Part shown: positions 6,677 through 17,129 of the stretch, piece after piece
Layout: each line of letters opens with the position of its first letter
How positions within the stretch are numbered: position 1 is the first letter of the stretch
Virus record (IMG/VR): IMGVR_UViG_3300045973_000630
Coordinates: 1 to 56,769 of that record
Strand: one strand, 5' to 3'
Source: a virus
Taxonomy: Duplodnaviria; Caudoviricetes
Length of the DNA: 56,769 bases
Notes under the pieces: model-generated
The model's input: the letters and a program-made list of their open reading frames with translations, nothing else
Database searches by the model: none
Told to the model about the DNA's origin: nothing
Made by a program: the position numbers and the translations under genes

Positions 6677-9277
6677 ATGTCAAAACGAATTATTACTCGC
6701 GAACAACTAATAGATCCCAAACTAAAAGGCTTAACTGCAATCTCGAGCGTAGTTAAACGAACTTTAGGACCAGGTGGACTATTAATTTTAATCGAAAGAG
6801 TTGGGCAAACACTAGAAGGACTTCCGCTCGGGCCTAAGATCACAAAGGATGGGGTAAGTGTCGCGGAAGAGTGCGCATCTATAGATAAGGCTGAAGATAT
6901 TATAATTCAAGCGGTTAAGGGAATTTGCCGTAAAACAGTTAGTACTGCGGGTGATGGCCCCCAACCACTTTATAGTAAAGTTCTTACTCCAAAAGGTTTT
7001 ATAGAGATGCGAGATGTAAGGGTTGGGATGGTTATCTGTGGTACTAACGGAACAGTTCAAAAAGTTTTAGGGGTTTTCCCAAAAGGCCAAAAAGAGATCT
7101 ATGAAGTAGAGATTCAAAATAAAGGAATAGTAGAATGTTGCGAAGACCATGTTTGGTCAGTTACTAAAAACAGTAATGGGGGCGCGGATTCTGTAAAATC
7201 TGTAGCGGAACTTATAAAAGATTATAAAAAAGAAGGTATACAGTCTACAAAATATAATTATTATATACCAAAAACTCCGGTTTACTTTCAAGAGAATACT
7301 GCGGAAATGCCCTTAGACCCATATTTACTTGGAGTTTTGTTAGGAGATGGTTGTTTAAAAGATGGTTCTAGTATTGAGTTAGGACTGGGAGTTAAAAAAG
7401 AACATATATTACAAAAATTAAAACCACCTAAGGGAATTAATACAAATATCCAATTTGTAGAGTCTAGGAATTATTTTAGAGTTAAATTTTCAGGTATTTC
7501 GGAGACCGGAAAATCAATGAGAGATTATGTAGAGTCTTTAGGATTAAGAGACGCAGGTAGTTTTACTAAGTTTATTCCAAAATCCTATTTATACGCCTCT
7601 ATTGAAACTAGATCCCAAGTCCTACAAGGATTAATTGATACAGACGGATGCGTTAACGAGCGAGGCTTATTTGAGTTTAGTACAGGCTCAAAAGAACTAG
7701 CAACGGACCTTCGAGACCTAGTTTTGAGTTTAGGTAAGACAGTTCATATGTATCTCAGAGATCGAAGTAATGACAATGCATTCTCAAAGACTCCCATGTA
7801 TAGAATTGGAGAATTAAAAGGATTTATACATGGAGATAAAATAAAAGAAATTAAAGCTACTGGCAGGTTTACCGAAATGCAGTGCATTAAAGTAAGTAAT
7901 CCGGATAGTTTATACATAACGGATAATTATGTAGTTACACATAATACCACAACTGCTATGGTATTAGGTGAAGCAATTGTAAACGAGACCGAGCGCATCT
8001 TAAAAGAAGATACTAAGCTTAACCCGCAATTAGTTAGAGAATCTCTAGAAGAGGCATCTTTACAAGTAATTAAGAAACTTAAAAAGATAGCAATTAAAGT
8101 TAATAATAATAAAACTATCCAACAAGTAGCTACAATCTCTGCAAACGGAGACGAATCTATTGGAGATATTATCGCAGCAGCTTTTGCGCATGTAGGTGCC
8201 GAAGGGGTTGTAACTGTAGATGAGGGACATACTTCAAAAGTTACCTTAGATGTAGTTGACGGATATCAGTTCAATAGGGGCGCCGAGGGTCGTACCGCGT
8301 TTTTCAATAATAGAGACGCAACCCAATTTGAAGCGGAAGATGCAGCATTAATTATTTATGATGGAAAATTATATAACTATACTCAATTAATTCCAGCACT
8401 TAAGTTATTAGCGGGAGTCGGTGCGGATGAAAAAGCATCTCGAAAGATGCCGCCCACTGTAATTGTGGCAAATGAGTTCAGTCCAGAAGTACTTCAGTTC
8501 CTGTTAATTCAAAAAACAGAGATGGGGATGACCTTCTGTCCAATCACTGGACCGAATACTACCCATGTGAGATCTGGGTACTATGATGATTTAGCAGTTT
8601 ACTCAGGTGGAACTAGACTTGGAAATGGAGCACGCAACCTTGAGTCTATTGAAATGGATGATATTGGCCTCGTAAAAAGAGCATTATCTGATAAATATAA
8701 AACTACATTATATGATGGGCAAGGTTCTGAAGAATCAATTCTAGAAAGAGTAGACCAATTAAAAGCTGCAAAAGCACAAGCAGAGTCCCCATATGACGCA
8801 CAAATCTTAAATGATAGACTTGCATCACTAACTAATGGTATAGCTAAAATTGGAGTTGGTGGAACTACTGAAATGGAAATTAAAGAGAAGTATGACCGAA
8901 TAGAGGATGCATTAAACGCAGCACGCGCGGCAATCGAGGAGGGAGTTGTACCAGGCGGTGGAACTACTTTATTAAGAATTGCGTTAGAGATGCCTGAGAA
9001 GACAGTTGGTCAAAAGATCCTAAAAGTAGCATTACAAGCTCCATTCTTTCAAATCTTAGAGAATATTGGTATTTTTAAAGAAGAAGCTCTAGAAGTGTCT
9101 AAAACTCTCGTTAAGAGTAAAAGTAAGGTTTATGATGCAAGAACTAAGCAGATCAAAAATGCGATGACTGCGGGGATTATAGACCCAGTAAAGGTGACTA
9201 GAACTGCCTTGGAGAACGCGGTATCAATAGCAACCCTATTAAGTACTTGCGGTGGAGCAATTACTTACGAAAAATAA
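6677..9277 (+). CDS. groEL: chaperonin GroEL (Cpn60) precursor containing an intein
   Basis: TLGPGG, ITKDGVSVA, AGDG...TTTA, VATISANGD, EDALNAARAAIEEGVVPGGG and GIIDPVKVTRTALENA. It is 537 aa after removal of the intein. Confidence 0.96.
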   Translation: MSKRIITREQLIDPKLKGLTAISSVVKRTLGPGGLLILIERVGQTLEGLPLGPKITKDGVSVAEECASIDKAEDIIIQAVKGICRKTVSTAGDGPQPLYSKVLTPKGFIEMRDVRVGMVICGTNGTVQKVLGVFPKGQKEIYEVEIQNKGIVECCEDHVWSVTKNSNGGADSVKSVAELIKDYKKEGIQSTKYNYYIPKTPVYFQENTAEMPLDPYLLGVLLGDGCLKDGSSIELGLGVKKEHILQKLKPPKGINTNIQFVESRNYFRVKFSGISETGKSMRDYVESLGLRDAGSFTKFIPKSYLYASIETRSQVLQGLIDTDGCVNERGLFEFSTGSKELATDLRDLVLSLGKTVHMYLRDRSNDNAFSKTPMYRIGELKGFIHGDKIKEIKATGRFTEMQCIKVSNPDSLYITDNYVVTHNTTTAMVLGEAIVNETERILKEDTKLNPQLVRESLEEASLQVIKKLKKIAIKVNNNKTIQQVATISANGDESIGDIIAAAFAHVGAEGVVTVDEGHTSKVTLDVVDGYQFNRGAEGRTAFFNNRDATQFEAEDAALIIYDGKLYNYTQLIPALKLLAGVGADEKASRKMPPTVIVANEFSPEVLQFLLIQKTEMGMTFCPITGPNTTHVRSGYYDDLAVYSGGTRLGNGARNLESIEMDDIGLVKRALSDKYKTTLYDGQGSEESILERVDQLKAAKAQAESPYDAQILNDRLASLTNGIAKIGVGGTTEMEIKEKYDRIEDALNAARAAIEEGVVPGGGTTLLRIALEMPEKTVGQKILKVALQAPFFQILENIGIFKEEALEVSKTLVKSKSKVYDARTKQIKNAMTAGIIDPVKVTRTALENAVSIATLLSTCGGAITYEK
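6959..7945 (+). mobile_element. class 3 intein with LAGLIDADG homing endonuclease (329 aa)
   Basis: Starts PQPLYSKVLTP. Block B CEDHVW, endonuclease motifs LLGVLLGDG and LQGLIDTDG, block F MQCIKV, block G VTHN|T. Confidence 0.92.
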
Positions 9278-9304
9278 GTAATTAAGTATCAAATCAAAAC
9301 AGTT

Positions 9305-9355
9305 AAATACCCGAGTGTTTCAAATAGATAAGTTTGAAAATATTCGGGTATTTTT
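9305..9355 (+). terminator. long hairpin, probable intrinsic terminator after groEL
   Basis: AAATACCCGAGTGTTTCAAA-8nt-TTTGAAAATATTCGGGTATTT followed by further T residues. Confidence 0.65.
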
Positions 9356-9399
9356 CATTTAAATTTAGGTATGATAAATTCAATTGAAAAGGAGACACC

Positions 9400-11250
9400 T
9401 TGAATAAATCAAATAAACTATTATCGGATCTAGTTACCTTTAAAACATATGCACATTATATAGAACATCTAAGTAGACGCGAAACTCTCAATGAGGTTAT
9501 AACTAGAAATAGACAAATGCACCTAGACAAGTTTCCAAAGTTAGCAGATGACATAGTGAAAGCTTACGAGCAAGTTTATGACTTAAAAGTAATGCCTTCG
9601 ATGAGGTCACTTCAGTTTGGAGGAAGTGCAATTCAAAAAAATAATACAAGACAATACAATTGTAGCTTTTTACATATGAATCGAGTTAGGGCATTTGCCG
9701 AAACTTTATATCTTCTATTATGTGGGACGGGAGTTGGATTCTCAGTACAAAAACATCATATAAATCAGTTACCAAGAATTAGACATCCTAAACGAGAAAA
9801 TATACATATAATAAACGATAGCATAGAAGGTTGGGCAGACGCGTTAGATGCATTAATGACCGCATATTTTTATGGTGCAATTCGTCCAATTTTTGATTAC
9901 AGTCAAATTTCAGCAAAGGGTACATTATTAGTTACTACTGGATCAAAAGCCCCAGGGCCTGAGCCACTTAAAATAATGCTTGAGACGGTAGAGGCAAAAC
10001 TTAGAACCGTAATTGACCGAAAACTAACAACATTAGAGGTCCACGATTTAGAGTGTATTGCAGCAGAGTGTGTTTTATCCGGCGGAATTCGGAGGGCCGC
10101 ACTTATTAGTCTTTTTGATAAAGATGACGAAGATTTACTTACTTGTAAACAAGGCGAATGGTGGGTAAAAACTCCGTATAGAGCTCGTGCAAATAATAGT
10201 GCAGTATTGCTTCGTAGTGATACAACAAAAGAAGAGTTCCGAAGAGTATACGAGGCTTGCATTAAATCAAATGCTGGCGAACCTGGATTTATATGGACTA
10301 ATAATTTAGAGATGGGAAAAAATCCGTGCTGCGAAATAAGTGTGCTAGACCAAGAATTTTGTAACTTGACAACTACTAGTATTTCCTCACTTATTTCAGA
10401 AACAGATTTAATGAACAGAGTGCAAGCTTCATCATTTATTGGTACACTTCAAGCATCATATACAGACTTTCCGTACTTAGCAGAAAAGTGGAAACAGAAC
10501 TCAGAAGAAGAAGCATTATTAGGTTGTTCATTTACCGGAATTGCTGAATCACATATGTTATCTGCAGAAACTTTACAAACTGCAGCAAATGTAGTTTTAG
10601 ACACAAATTATAAATATGCAAAAATTTTAGGAATTAACCCAGCAGCTCGAGCAACTACAATTAAACCAGAGGGTTCCGCTAGTTGTGTGCTAGGTTCAAG
10701 TTCTGGTATTCATGCTCGCCATTCTAACTTCTATTTAAGAAGAGTACGATTTAATAAAGAAGAACCCTTAGCTAAATATTTAAAATTAGTAATTCCGGAG
10801 TTAATTGAAGATGATCTCTTTTCACAAAGAGATAGCGTAGTTACAATTCCACAAGAATCTCCCCCCAATTCGATAGTCCGAGAACAAGAGTCAGCATTAC
10901 AACTACTAAATCGCGTTCTGTTTTACAATGAGAATTGGATAAAACCAGGACATCGGTCGGGTAGTGATCGACATAATGTTTCGTGCACTATAAATTATAA
11001 GAGTTCCGAAATTGAAGAGCTATTTGAACAAATGTGGGTTAATAGAAATATTTATTCGGGTATAAGTTTATTACCAATGGATGATAGTATTTATCAGCAA
11101 GCCCCGTTTGAAGCTTGTTCTAAAGAACTTTTTGAAAAATATGAAAATTTAGTAAAAGATATTGATTTAACTAAGGTTCTAGAAATAGAAGACTCTACGG
11201 ATCTAACTGGGCAACTAGCTTGTTCTGGAATTTCTTGCGAAATTAAATAA
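9400..11250 (+). CDS. nrdJ: class II (B12-dependent) ribonucleotide reductase
   Basis: PSMRSL, YNC, LLLCGTGVGFSV, GGIRRAALI, GEPG, NPCCEI, TTIKPEG and C-terminal ACSGISCEI. No beta-subunit gene is adjacent. Confidence 0.92.
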   Translation: MNKSNKLLSDLVTFKTYAHYIEHLSRRETLNEVITRNRQMHLDKFPKLADDIVKAYEQVYDLKVMPSMRSLQFGGSAIQKNNTRQYNCSFLHMNRVRAFAETLYLLLCGTGVGFSVQKHHINQLPRIRHPKRENIHIINDSIEGWADALDALMTAYFYGAIRPIFDYSQISAKGTLLVTTGSKAPGPEPLKIMLETVEAKLRTVIDRKLTTLEVHDLECIAAECVLSGGIRRAALISLFDKDDEDLLTCKQGEWWVKTPYRARANNSAVLLRSDTTKEEFRRVYEACIKSNAGEPGFIWTNNLEMGKNPCCEISVLDQEFCNLTTTSISSLISETDLMNRVQASSFIGTLQASYTDFPYLAEKWKQNSEEEALLGCSFTGIAESHMLSAETLQTAANVVLDTNYKYAKILGINPAARATTIKPEGSASCVLGSSSGIHARHSNFYLRRVRFNKEEPLAKYLKLVIPELIEDDLFSQRDSVVTIPQESPPNSIVREQESALQLLNRVLFYNENWIKPGHRSGSDRHNVSCTINYKSSEIEELFEQMWVNRNIYSGISLLPMDDSIYQQAPFEACSKELFEKYENLVKDIDLTKVLEIEDSTDLTGQLACSGISCEIK

Positions 11251-11269
11251 AACTAAAGGACTATAACAA

Positions 11270-11734
11270 ATGATAACAATTAAAAAGTTAAATTCATATT
11301 ATAGAAGAGCCTTGACAATAGCTGAGGACTCCCATGATCCGGATACTAAAGTAGCCGCACTTTTAGTAAATTCAGAATCTGGAGCAGTAATCGCAGACGG
11401 TTATAACGGTTTTGTAAGAGGTGCGGATGACGAGAATTTACCTAAAACAAGACCTGAAAAATATCAGTATTTTCTCCATTCTGAAATCAATATGATATGT
11501 AATGCAGCAAGAAATGGAATTAATACTTCAAATTGTATTGTTTTTTGTACACTATCCCCTTGCGCGCATTGCCTACGAGTTTTATATCAAAGCGGTATAA
11601 CTGAAATCTATTTTAAAGATCGGTATAGAGATTTTGATAAAGATTTAATATTAAAAGACTTAAATATAATAGTTACATCTATCGGGGAATTCAGTAAAAT
11701 TGCATTAACCGCTAACAAATTGGGGAATTCATGA
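11270..11734 (+). CDS. dCMP deaminase
   Basis: GYNG, HSE and SPCAHC zinc motifs. Confidence 0.92.
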   Translation: MITIKKLNSYYRRALTIAEDSHDPDTKVAALLVNSESGAVIADGYNGFVRGADDENLPKTRPEKYQYFLHSEINMICNAARNGINTSNCIVFCTLSPCAHCLRVLYQSGITEIYFKDRYRDFDKDLILKDLNIIVTSIGEFSKIALTANKLGNS

Positions 11735-12285
11735 AAATCGAAAAAGCTAGCATTATAACAGTAGATTTAGGGAATAATATATCAAATACTTTTGTAGTCG
11801 ACACTATAGAAGATACTACTCTATTAGTAAGTCACCCATTAGCTAAAGGTATTCTTATCAGAGTATCAAAAGATAAAGCTGATGGATCAATGGCTAAGAT
11901 TAAAGACTCGTCAGAACGCGGAATTGACTTTGCAAATTCTAATCGTAGATACTTAGACTTTAACGCGCTATTAGATCTTGACTGTATTTGTACTAGTTTT
12001 GTATTAACGAAACGAGTTACACCTAGACAAAAGTCAATAATAGCTAGCATCTGCGGAGTAGTTGCAGAAGTTAAATTTAATGATGATCTTAAAGAAACTA
12101 TGAAATTTATTACTAAAAATTCAACAATGTTAGATGAATTCAATTACTTATGGTTTACTAATTTCAGAAAGCTATTTTCTGGAGATCAACCAGTTTTTTC
12201 TAAGAAACAAAGAAGTGCAATCTTTAATATCGCTGGCTTTTTATTAGCTGAGTTAGAAAACCCAGTAGCATATTCTATTAAGTGA
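11731..12285 (+). CDS. hypothetical protein
   Basis: ORF coupled to the upstream gene by an ATGA overlap. Confidence 0.7.
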   Translation: MKIEKASIITVDLGNNISNTFVVDTIEDTTLLVSHPLAKGILIRVSKDKADGSMAKIKDSSERGIDFANSNRRYLDFNALLDLDCICTSFVLTKRVTPRQKSIIASICGVVAEVKFNDDLKETMKFITKNSTMLDEFNYLWFTNFRKLFSGDQPVFSKKQRSAIFNIAGFLLAELENPVAYSIK

Positions 12286-12313
12286 TAAAATTATTTTTCA
12301 GGAGATAAATAAC

Positions 12314-14128
12314 ATGGCTGAAGTATTACGTTCACATATAGACTTTATAATGAAACTTAAAAAACAAGGCAAAACTTATGTACAAGTTTCACAAGCTTTT
12401 ATAAAAAGATTTGGAATTCCAAAAAGTAGCAGTGCGGTTAAAGATACTTTTGATCGATTTAAATCTGAATATGATCTAACAGACCTAAAACCGGTTATAG
12501 AAGTAAAAGACGAAATAACCAGATCTAAAGTACTAACCCAGTTCCTGAAATTAGTAGAAAAGCGTAAATATGTACCAACTAAACTTGAGTTTTTGAAACA
12601 TGTAGATATTTCGAAAGATACTATTGATCGTAAATTTGAATCATTTAATAAATTAGTACAAGACGCCCGAGAGTTAGACCCAAAAGTATTTGAAAATATT
12701 ATAGATGAATCATCGTTCTCAGATGAAGCTTTTAGTGTACTTCGAGAACAAATAGCAGAACATCAAAGATTCGTAATTACCGCAGCAGTCACTGGATGCG
12801 AACCGCACGCAGATGCATTAAGTGCTTTAAACACTTATTGTAAAGCTAATAAAGCTATGTTATTAATCCTACCGTGTTCAGATCCAGCTCACCAAAAAGG
12901 TAAAGAAAACGATTGGGCACTAAGTCATAAACTCCCTAAAGAAAATATAGTTTTTAAAGATGTGGCAATAAATGATAATTTAGTATTATCAACTATTAAA
13001 ATGAGTGCTAAACAACTTCAACCGCTAACTGGACTTAAGCGTATATCTCAAAAACGAGGATCTACAATAGTAGCATCGCCTAAGCAGTTTCTTGAGTTTT
13101 CAGCTAATTCAAACAATAACTTAGAGATTCCGAGAGCCCTAGCGTCGACTGGGGCTATTACTAAAGCTAATTATTCAACTGAGATGTACATGTCTGAACG
13201 AACTGCATATCTAGCTGAAATGGATCATACTCTAGGCGCAGTTATCGTTGAAGTAGAGAGTGACCAAATCTTCCACTTTAGACATATTCAATTTGAAAAG
13301 AAAACTGGAACTATTTACGATTTAGATAGAAAGTACTTAGCTAATGGAAAAACTGAAAAAATTAATATTAAGTTAATTCAAACAGGAGATTGGCACGTTC
13401 AGTCTACTTGTCCAATTGCTAGAAACGCAACAAAGGAAATGATTGAGTTAATGCGCCCAGAAATAGCTACATTTGAAGACTTCTTTGACGGAAATTCGAT
13501 TAATCCACATGAACGTCATAATGTAGTTTCTTTATCTAAAAAATCTAAACAAGGATTACTCTCGTTAGCTACAGAACTAAAGGCATGTAGGGATGAGTTA
13601 GATGCTATATGTAAATGGCCAGTTAAAAATATAGTAATGAAATATGGTAATCATGAGGACTTTTTAAAACGATGGTTAGCAGACGGTTCATTTATTAAAG
13701 ACCCAGAAAACAAAATTCTAGCTATGAAACTAACTATAGCGTTAGAAGAGCATAATGCAATGCCCTTTGAATATGCAATGCGTGAGCTACTAGGATTGGA
13801 ACAACCCGAAAAAATTAAGTTTTTAGAACTAAATGATTCATTTAAAGTATCCGGAATTGAAAATGGAGCACATGGCCATATTGGAAAAAGCGGAAGACGA
13901 AACCCAGCAATGGCGGAGTTAGAAGAATGTTACGGAGCAGTTAATGCCGGACATACACATTCATCTGGTATATTTAGACAAGTATTTAGAGCTGGAACTA
14001 TGACTAAGTTAAAACTATCGTATAATGACGGAGCTTCAACTTGGACTCAATCTAATGTGATACAGCATCATAATGGTACACGTCAAATCATTCATGTTAT
14101 TAATGGTAACTGGCGCCTCAAAAAGTAA
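12314..14128 (+). CDS. T5 A1-like protein (calcineurin-like metallophosphoesterase/nuclease)
   Basis: GDWH, GNHE, HGH and GHTH metal motifs. RFVITAA, STGAIT and the C-terminal YNDGASTWTQS...NGTRQII...NGNWR resemble the A1 family as recalled. Confidence 0.75.
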   Translation: MAEVLRSHIDFIMKLKKQGKTYVQVSQAFIKRFGIPKSSSAVKDTFDRFKSEYDLTDLKPVIEVKDEITRSKVLTQFLKLVEKRKYVPTKLEFLKHVDISKDTIDRKFESFNKLVQDARELDPKVFENIIDESSFSDEAFSVLREQIAEHQRFVITAAVTGCEPHADALSALNTYCKANKAMLLILPCSDPAHQKGKENDWALSHKLPKENIVFKDVAINDNLVLSTIKMSAKQLQPLTGLKRISQKRGSTIVASPKQFLEFSANSNNNLEIPRALASTGAITKANYSTEMYMSERTAYLAEMDHTLGAVIVEVESDQIFHFRHIQFEKKTGTIYDLDRKYLANGKTEKINIKLIQTGDWHVQSTCPIARNATKEMIELMRPEIATFEDFFDGNSINPHERHNVVSLSKKSKQGLLSLATELKACRDELDAICKWPVKNIVMKYGNHEDFLKRWLADGSFIKDPENKILAMKLTIALEEHNAMPFEYAMRELLGLEQPEKIKFLELNDSFKVSGIENGAHGHIGKSGRRNPAMAELEECYGAVNAGHTHSSGIFRQVFRAGTMTKLKLSYNDGASTWTQSNVIQHHNGTRQIIHVINGNWRLKK

Positions 14129-14143
14129 CTACCTAAAATAGAT

Positions 14144-14200
14144 CTTCCCTTTGAGTTAATTGTCTGATACGATAAATTAGACAGTTAACAATTAGGGAGG
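14144..14200 (+). promoter_or_regulatory. RBS-sequestering hairpin with promoter-like element
   Basis: CTTCCCT/AGGGAGG and GTTAATTGTCTGAT/ATTAGACAGTTAAC stems. TACGAT lies at the loop. Confidence 0.65.
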
Positions 14201-14204
14201 TTTT

Positions 14205-14750
14205 ATGAGTTTACAAGTTGAGTATAAATTAAAATTAGGTCAAGATGAATTTACATTAAAAGCAGAAGTTCAAGATGAAGTTGAATTTTTCGAAAAAATG
14301 TCGTTTTATTCAAATTTGCCAAAATCCACACCGAACGGATCTACAGATTTAAAATTAGCATTTCGGGCGCTAAAAGATGGAAATAAATACTATTCAATAG
14401 TATGCGAAAGCGAAAAACTAGAATTTAGATTTGGATTATTAAAAGAAAAATCAGGTGGTGGACTCTTTCCTAAAGGTTGGGAACCACTCTATCAAAAAGA
14501 ATCAGAAGAAGCACCCCCTAAGATTGCACAAACGGCTCCAGTAACCCCAAAACCAGTAACACCTATAGTAAATAAACCGGCAGCTTCGATGACTCCAGTA
14601 GCGATGCCAAGAGTTTCTATGCCAATAGTTACTCCAAGTATTCCGGCACCAAGTATTCCAGAAGTAACTCAAGTAACACCAAATGCACCCTTAGCTACAG
14701 TAAAAGCAGCCGCAACAAATGTATTAGCTAGATTTAATATTAATAAATAA
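14205..14750 (+). CDS. hypothetical protein with Pro/Thr/Val-rich C-terminal linker
   Basis: Strong GGGAGG ribosome binding site and a low-complexity tail. Confidence 0.8.
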   Translation: MSLQVEYKLKLGQDEFTLKAEVQDEVEFFEKMSFYSNLPKSTPNGSTDLKLAFRALKDGNKYYSIVCESEKLEFRFGLLKEKSGGGLFPKGWEPLYQKESEEAPPKIAQTAPVTPKPVTPIVNKPAASMTPVAMPRVSMPIVTPSIPAPSIPEVTQVTPNAPLATVKAAATNVLARFNINK

Positions 14751-14760
14751 GGAGTTTTAA

Positions 14761-15069
14761 ATGAATGAACCAAAAGTTAGCACTAAAAGATATATCGGAA
14801 AAGTTAAGAATCAACAAACACAATTCGGGATTCTTAAAAAACTAGTAATTGATAATCCACATGCAAATAAAAAAGATGGACAACCAGATCCATATAATAA
14901 AGGCGCGTTAATCTGGATTGATCGAGAAACTGGGCATCAATATCAAGTTTTAGGACTTACATGCTCAGTCCCAAGAGATGGGTTGAATCCTAAGTTAGTA
15001 GAAGCTGGATTTGAATCTAATATAGTTCTAGATTTAGCTAGTAGCTATGAAGCAATCGCATTAGATTAG
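14761..15069 (+). CDS. hypothetical protein (possibly ssDNA-binding)
   Basis: AAGGAG ribosome binding site. It lies directly before the primase-helicase; the function is a guess from position. Confidence 0.6.
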   Translation: MNEPKVSTKRYIGKVKNQQTQFGILKKLVIDNPHANKKDGQPDPYNKGALIWIDRETGHQYQVLGLTCSVPRDGLNPKLVEAGFESNIVLDLASSYEAIALD

Positions 15070-15120
15070 TAGTTTAATAAGTTCTGTTTAACAAATTTAA
15101 TAACAAACTTAGGAGTACTC

Positions 15121-17097
15121 ATGTATTTTTATAGATTAGTAAAAGCTGAATGGGGCAAATTAACTATAGCAAATAATAAAGCAAACCCTAAGTTTGTTCG
15201 GGAGATTGTAGGACCAGATACCTATGAAGGTACTGATTTTACTCCCGAATTTTTAACTGAAAAGAATCAAGAAGGTTATAATATATACTTCTTTCCAAAT
15301 CATCCTAGTAGAGATGTGTACGCAGAAGGAACTCGAAGTTTATCAGGTAAGCATATTGATACCTTTGAGTTTATATTTATTGATATGGATCTTAAGGACG
15401 AAGTTTATAAAACAAAAGACGAGTTTCTTTCGAAACTTTCAGAATTTCCACTGAAACCAACAATGGTAGTAGACTCAGGGAACGGAATTCATGCATATTG
15501 GAAAATTTCAGATCTAAGTCGAGATCTTTATGTCATATCACAATTGGCACTAATTAATCATTTTAAAACAGATGAATCGGTATTTACAGTTTTACAACTT
15601 ATGAGATGTCCCGGATTTTTAAACACTAAAAAAGAAGATACCCCAATTTTAGCTTCAGTTTTAGAAGATTATTCATCAAATTCAGAATATTTAAACTCAG
15701 AAATACCCGAAGTTATCTATGGAAACTTAAGTGAAGCACAAATTACCAGGGGCCAAAAGCACTTAGATCGCCTAGATGGAAAATTAGTAGTCGAAATCTC
15801 CGAACATGTGAATATAGATGAAATCCCAGAAAAGTTCTTCGATTTCATTAATGAACCAGCGAATAAGTTAGCCGGAGATTTATTTAGACATCCAAAAGAG
15901 ACCCAAGGCGATAGATCCGCAGCGGATATGAAGCTGGCGAATATATTATTCAAGAATGGATTTAATAAGAAAGAAGCAGTAGCGATTATTTCGAATAGTG
16001 AGAAGGCATTAAGTCACCCAGACAGAAAGCATTATGCGGAACTTACAATTAGTAAAGTTTATACTGAACGCTTAAATTCAAAGTTTATGACAGTTGGTCA
16101 ACGTAATAGAACTATTGATGAAACTCAAAATTTAGGAGCCTTAGTCGGATCAACTTGGTATTTTGATTCTGAGGTCTTAGGAAACCCTTGGCGCAAACGA
16201 GAAATCACTGGATTAATTGCGGGAAGCGGAGTTGGCAAGTCGAGTTGTGCACTAAAATGGGTTAAAGACGCAATAGAAAATAACCCGGAGAATGACGATA
16301 TTTATGTATTTTTCTCATTAGAAATGTCAGTCGGAGAAATAGTAACTAGATGGAATAACTTAGTTGGTAAAGAATCTAAGTTAGCCGATAGACTGTATGT
16401 CATTGGAAATGAAACTGAAGCGTTTGAACCTAGAAATATTGGGCTGCAAGAGATCTTAGAAGATTGCCAAGAACTTAAGAAACTTACGGGTAAAAACTTA
16501 GGAATGATTATTATTGATCACATCGGAATAGTTTCAAAGCATATAGATACTCGAAAGAAAGTTACATTTGGTATTAACTCAGAAGTTGGGGCCGGATTTG
16601 GGGATATTAAAGTTCTTAGTTTAAATAGTTTATGTAACCAACTCAAACCGTTATGTAAAATGTTAGATACACACGTTGTAGTTCTAACTCAAACTACTAA
16701 AGCAAAGGGTATTGGGGATATGCCAATTGATAAAGATGGCGCGTACGGTATGTCTAACTACGAAAATATTGTAGACAGAATCGTAACTATTTGGCAACCC
16801 TTAAAATTAGTTCAATCACAAACAAAACATAGATTTTTAGCATGGCAATACGTAAAGATCCGCGCAAAACATAAAGATGACAAGATTCAGACTTCTGAAG
16901 CTAAGATTTTAACCTTTGAGTTAGAGACTGGTGACTTAAGAATTCCAACACAAGAAGAGTATACTGAATTTATGAGGCTCTACCCAGTTGCCCAAGAAAT
17001 GAGACTGGCACAACAGAAGCAAACTGGCGGAATTGGATATTCAATCCATACCGGAGTATCTGACTTAGTTAAAGCAAAACTAGGGTTAGTAAAATAA
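15121..17097 (+). CDS. bifunctional primase (RepB/AEP-like) - SF4 helicase
   Basis: FIDMD and VDSGNGIHAYW (primase), DRSAAD, Walker A GSGVGKS, FFSLEM, IIIDHI and VVLTQ (DnaB-like). Confidence 0.88.
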   Translation: MYFYRLVKAEWGKLTIANNKANPKFVREIVGPDTYEGTDFTPEFLTEKNQEGYNIYFFPNHPSRDVYAEGTRSLSGKHIDTFEFIFIDMDLKDEVYKTKDEFLSKLSEFPLKPTMVVDSGNGIHAYWKISDLSRDLYVISQLALINHFKTDESVFTVLQLMRCPGFLNTKKEDTPILASVLEDYSSNSEYLNSEIPEVIYGNLSEAQITRGQKHLDRLDGKLVVEISEHVNIDEIPEKFFDFINEPANKLAGDLFRHPKETQGDRSAADMKLANILFKNGFNKKEAVAIISNSEKALSHPDRKHYAELTISKVYTERLNSKFMTVGQRNRTIDETQNLGALVGSTWYFDSEVLGNPWRKREITGLIAGSGVGKSSCALKWVKDAIENNPENDDIYVFFSLEMSVGEIVTRWNNLVGKESKLADRLYVIGNETEAFEPRNIGLQEILEDCQELKKLTGKNLGMIIIDHIGIVSKHIDTRKKVTFGINSEVGAGFGDIKVLSLNSLCNQLKPLCKMLDTHVVVLTQTTKAKGIGDMPIDKDGAYGMSNYENIVDRIVTIWQPLKLVQSQTKHRFLAWQYVKIRAKHKDDKIQTSEAKILTFELETGDLRIPTQEEYTEFMRLYPVAQEMRLAQQKQTGGIGYSIHTGVSDLVKAKLGLVK

Positions 17098-17129
17098 TTG
17101 TATTAAGTTGAGACGCTTAAAAATTAAAG

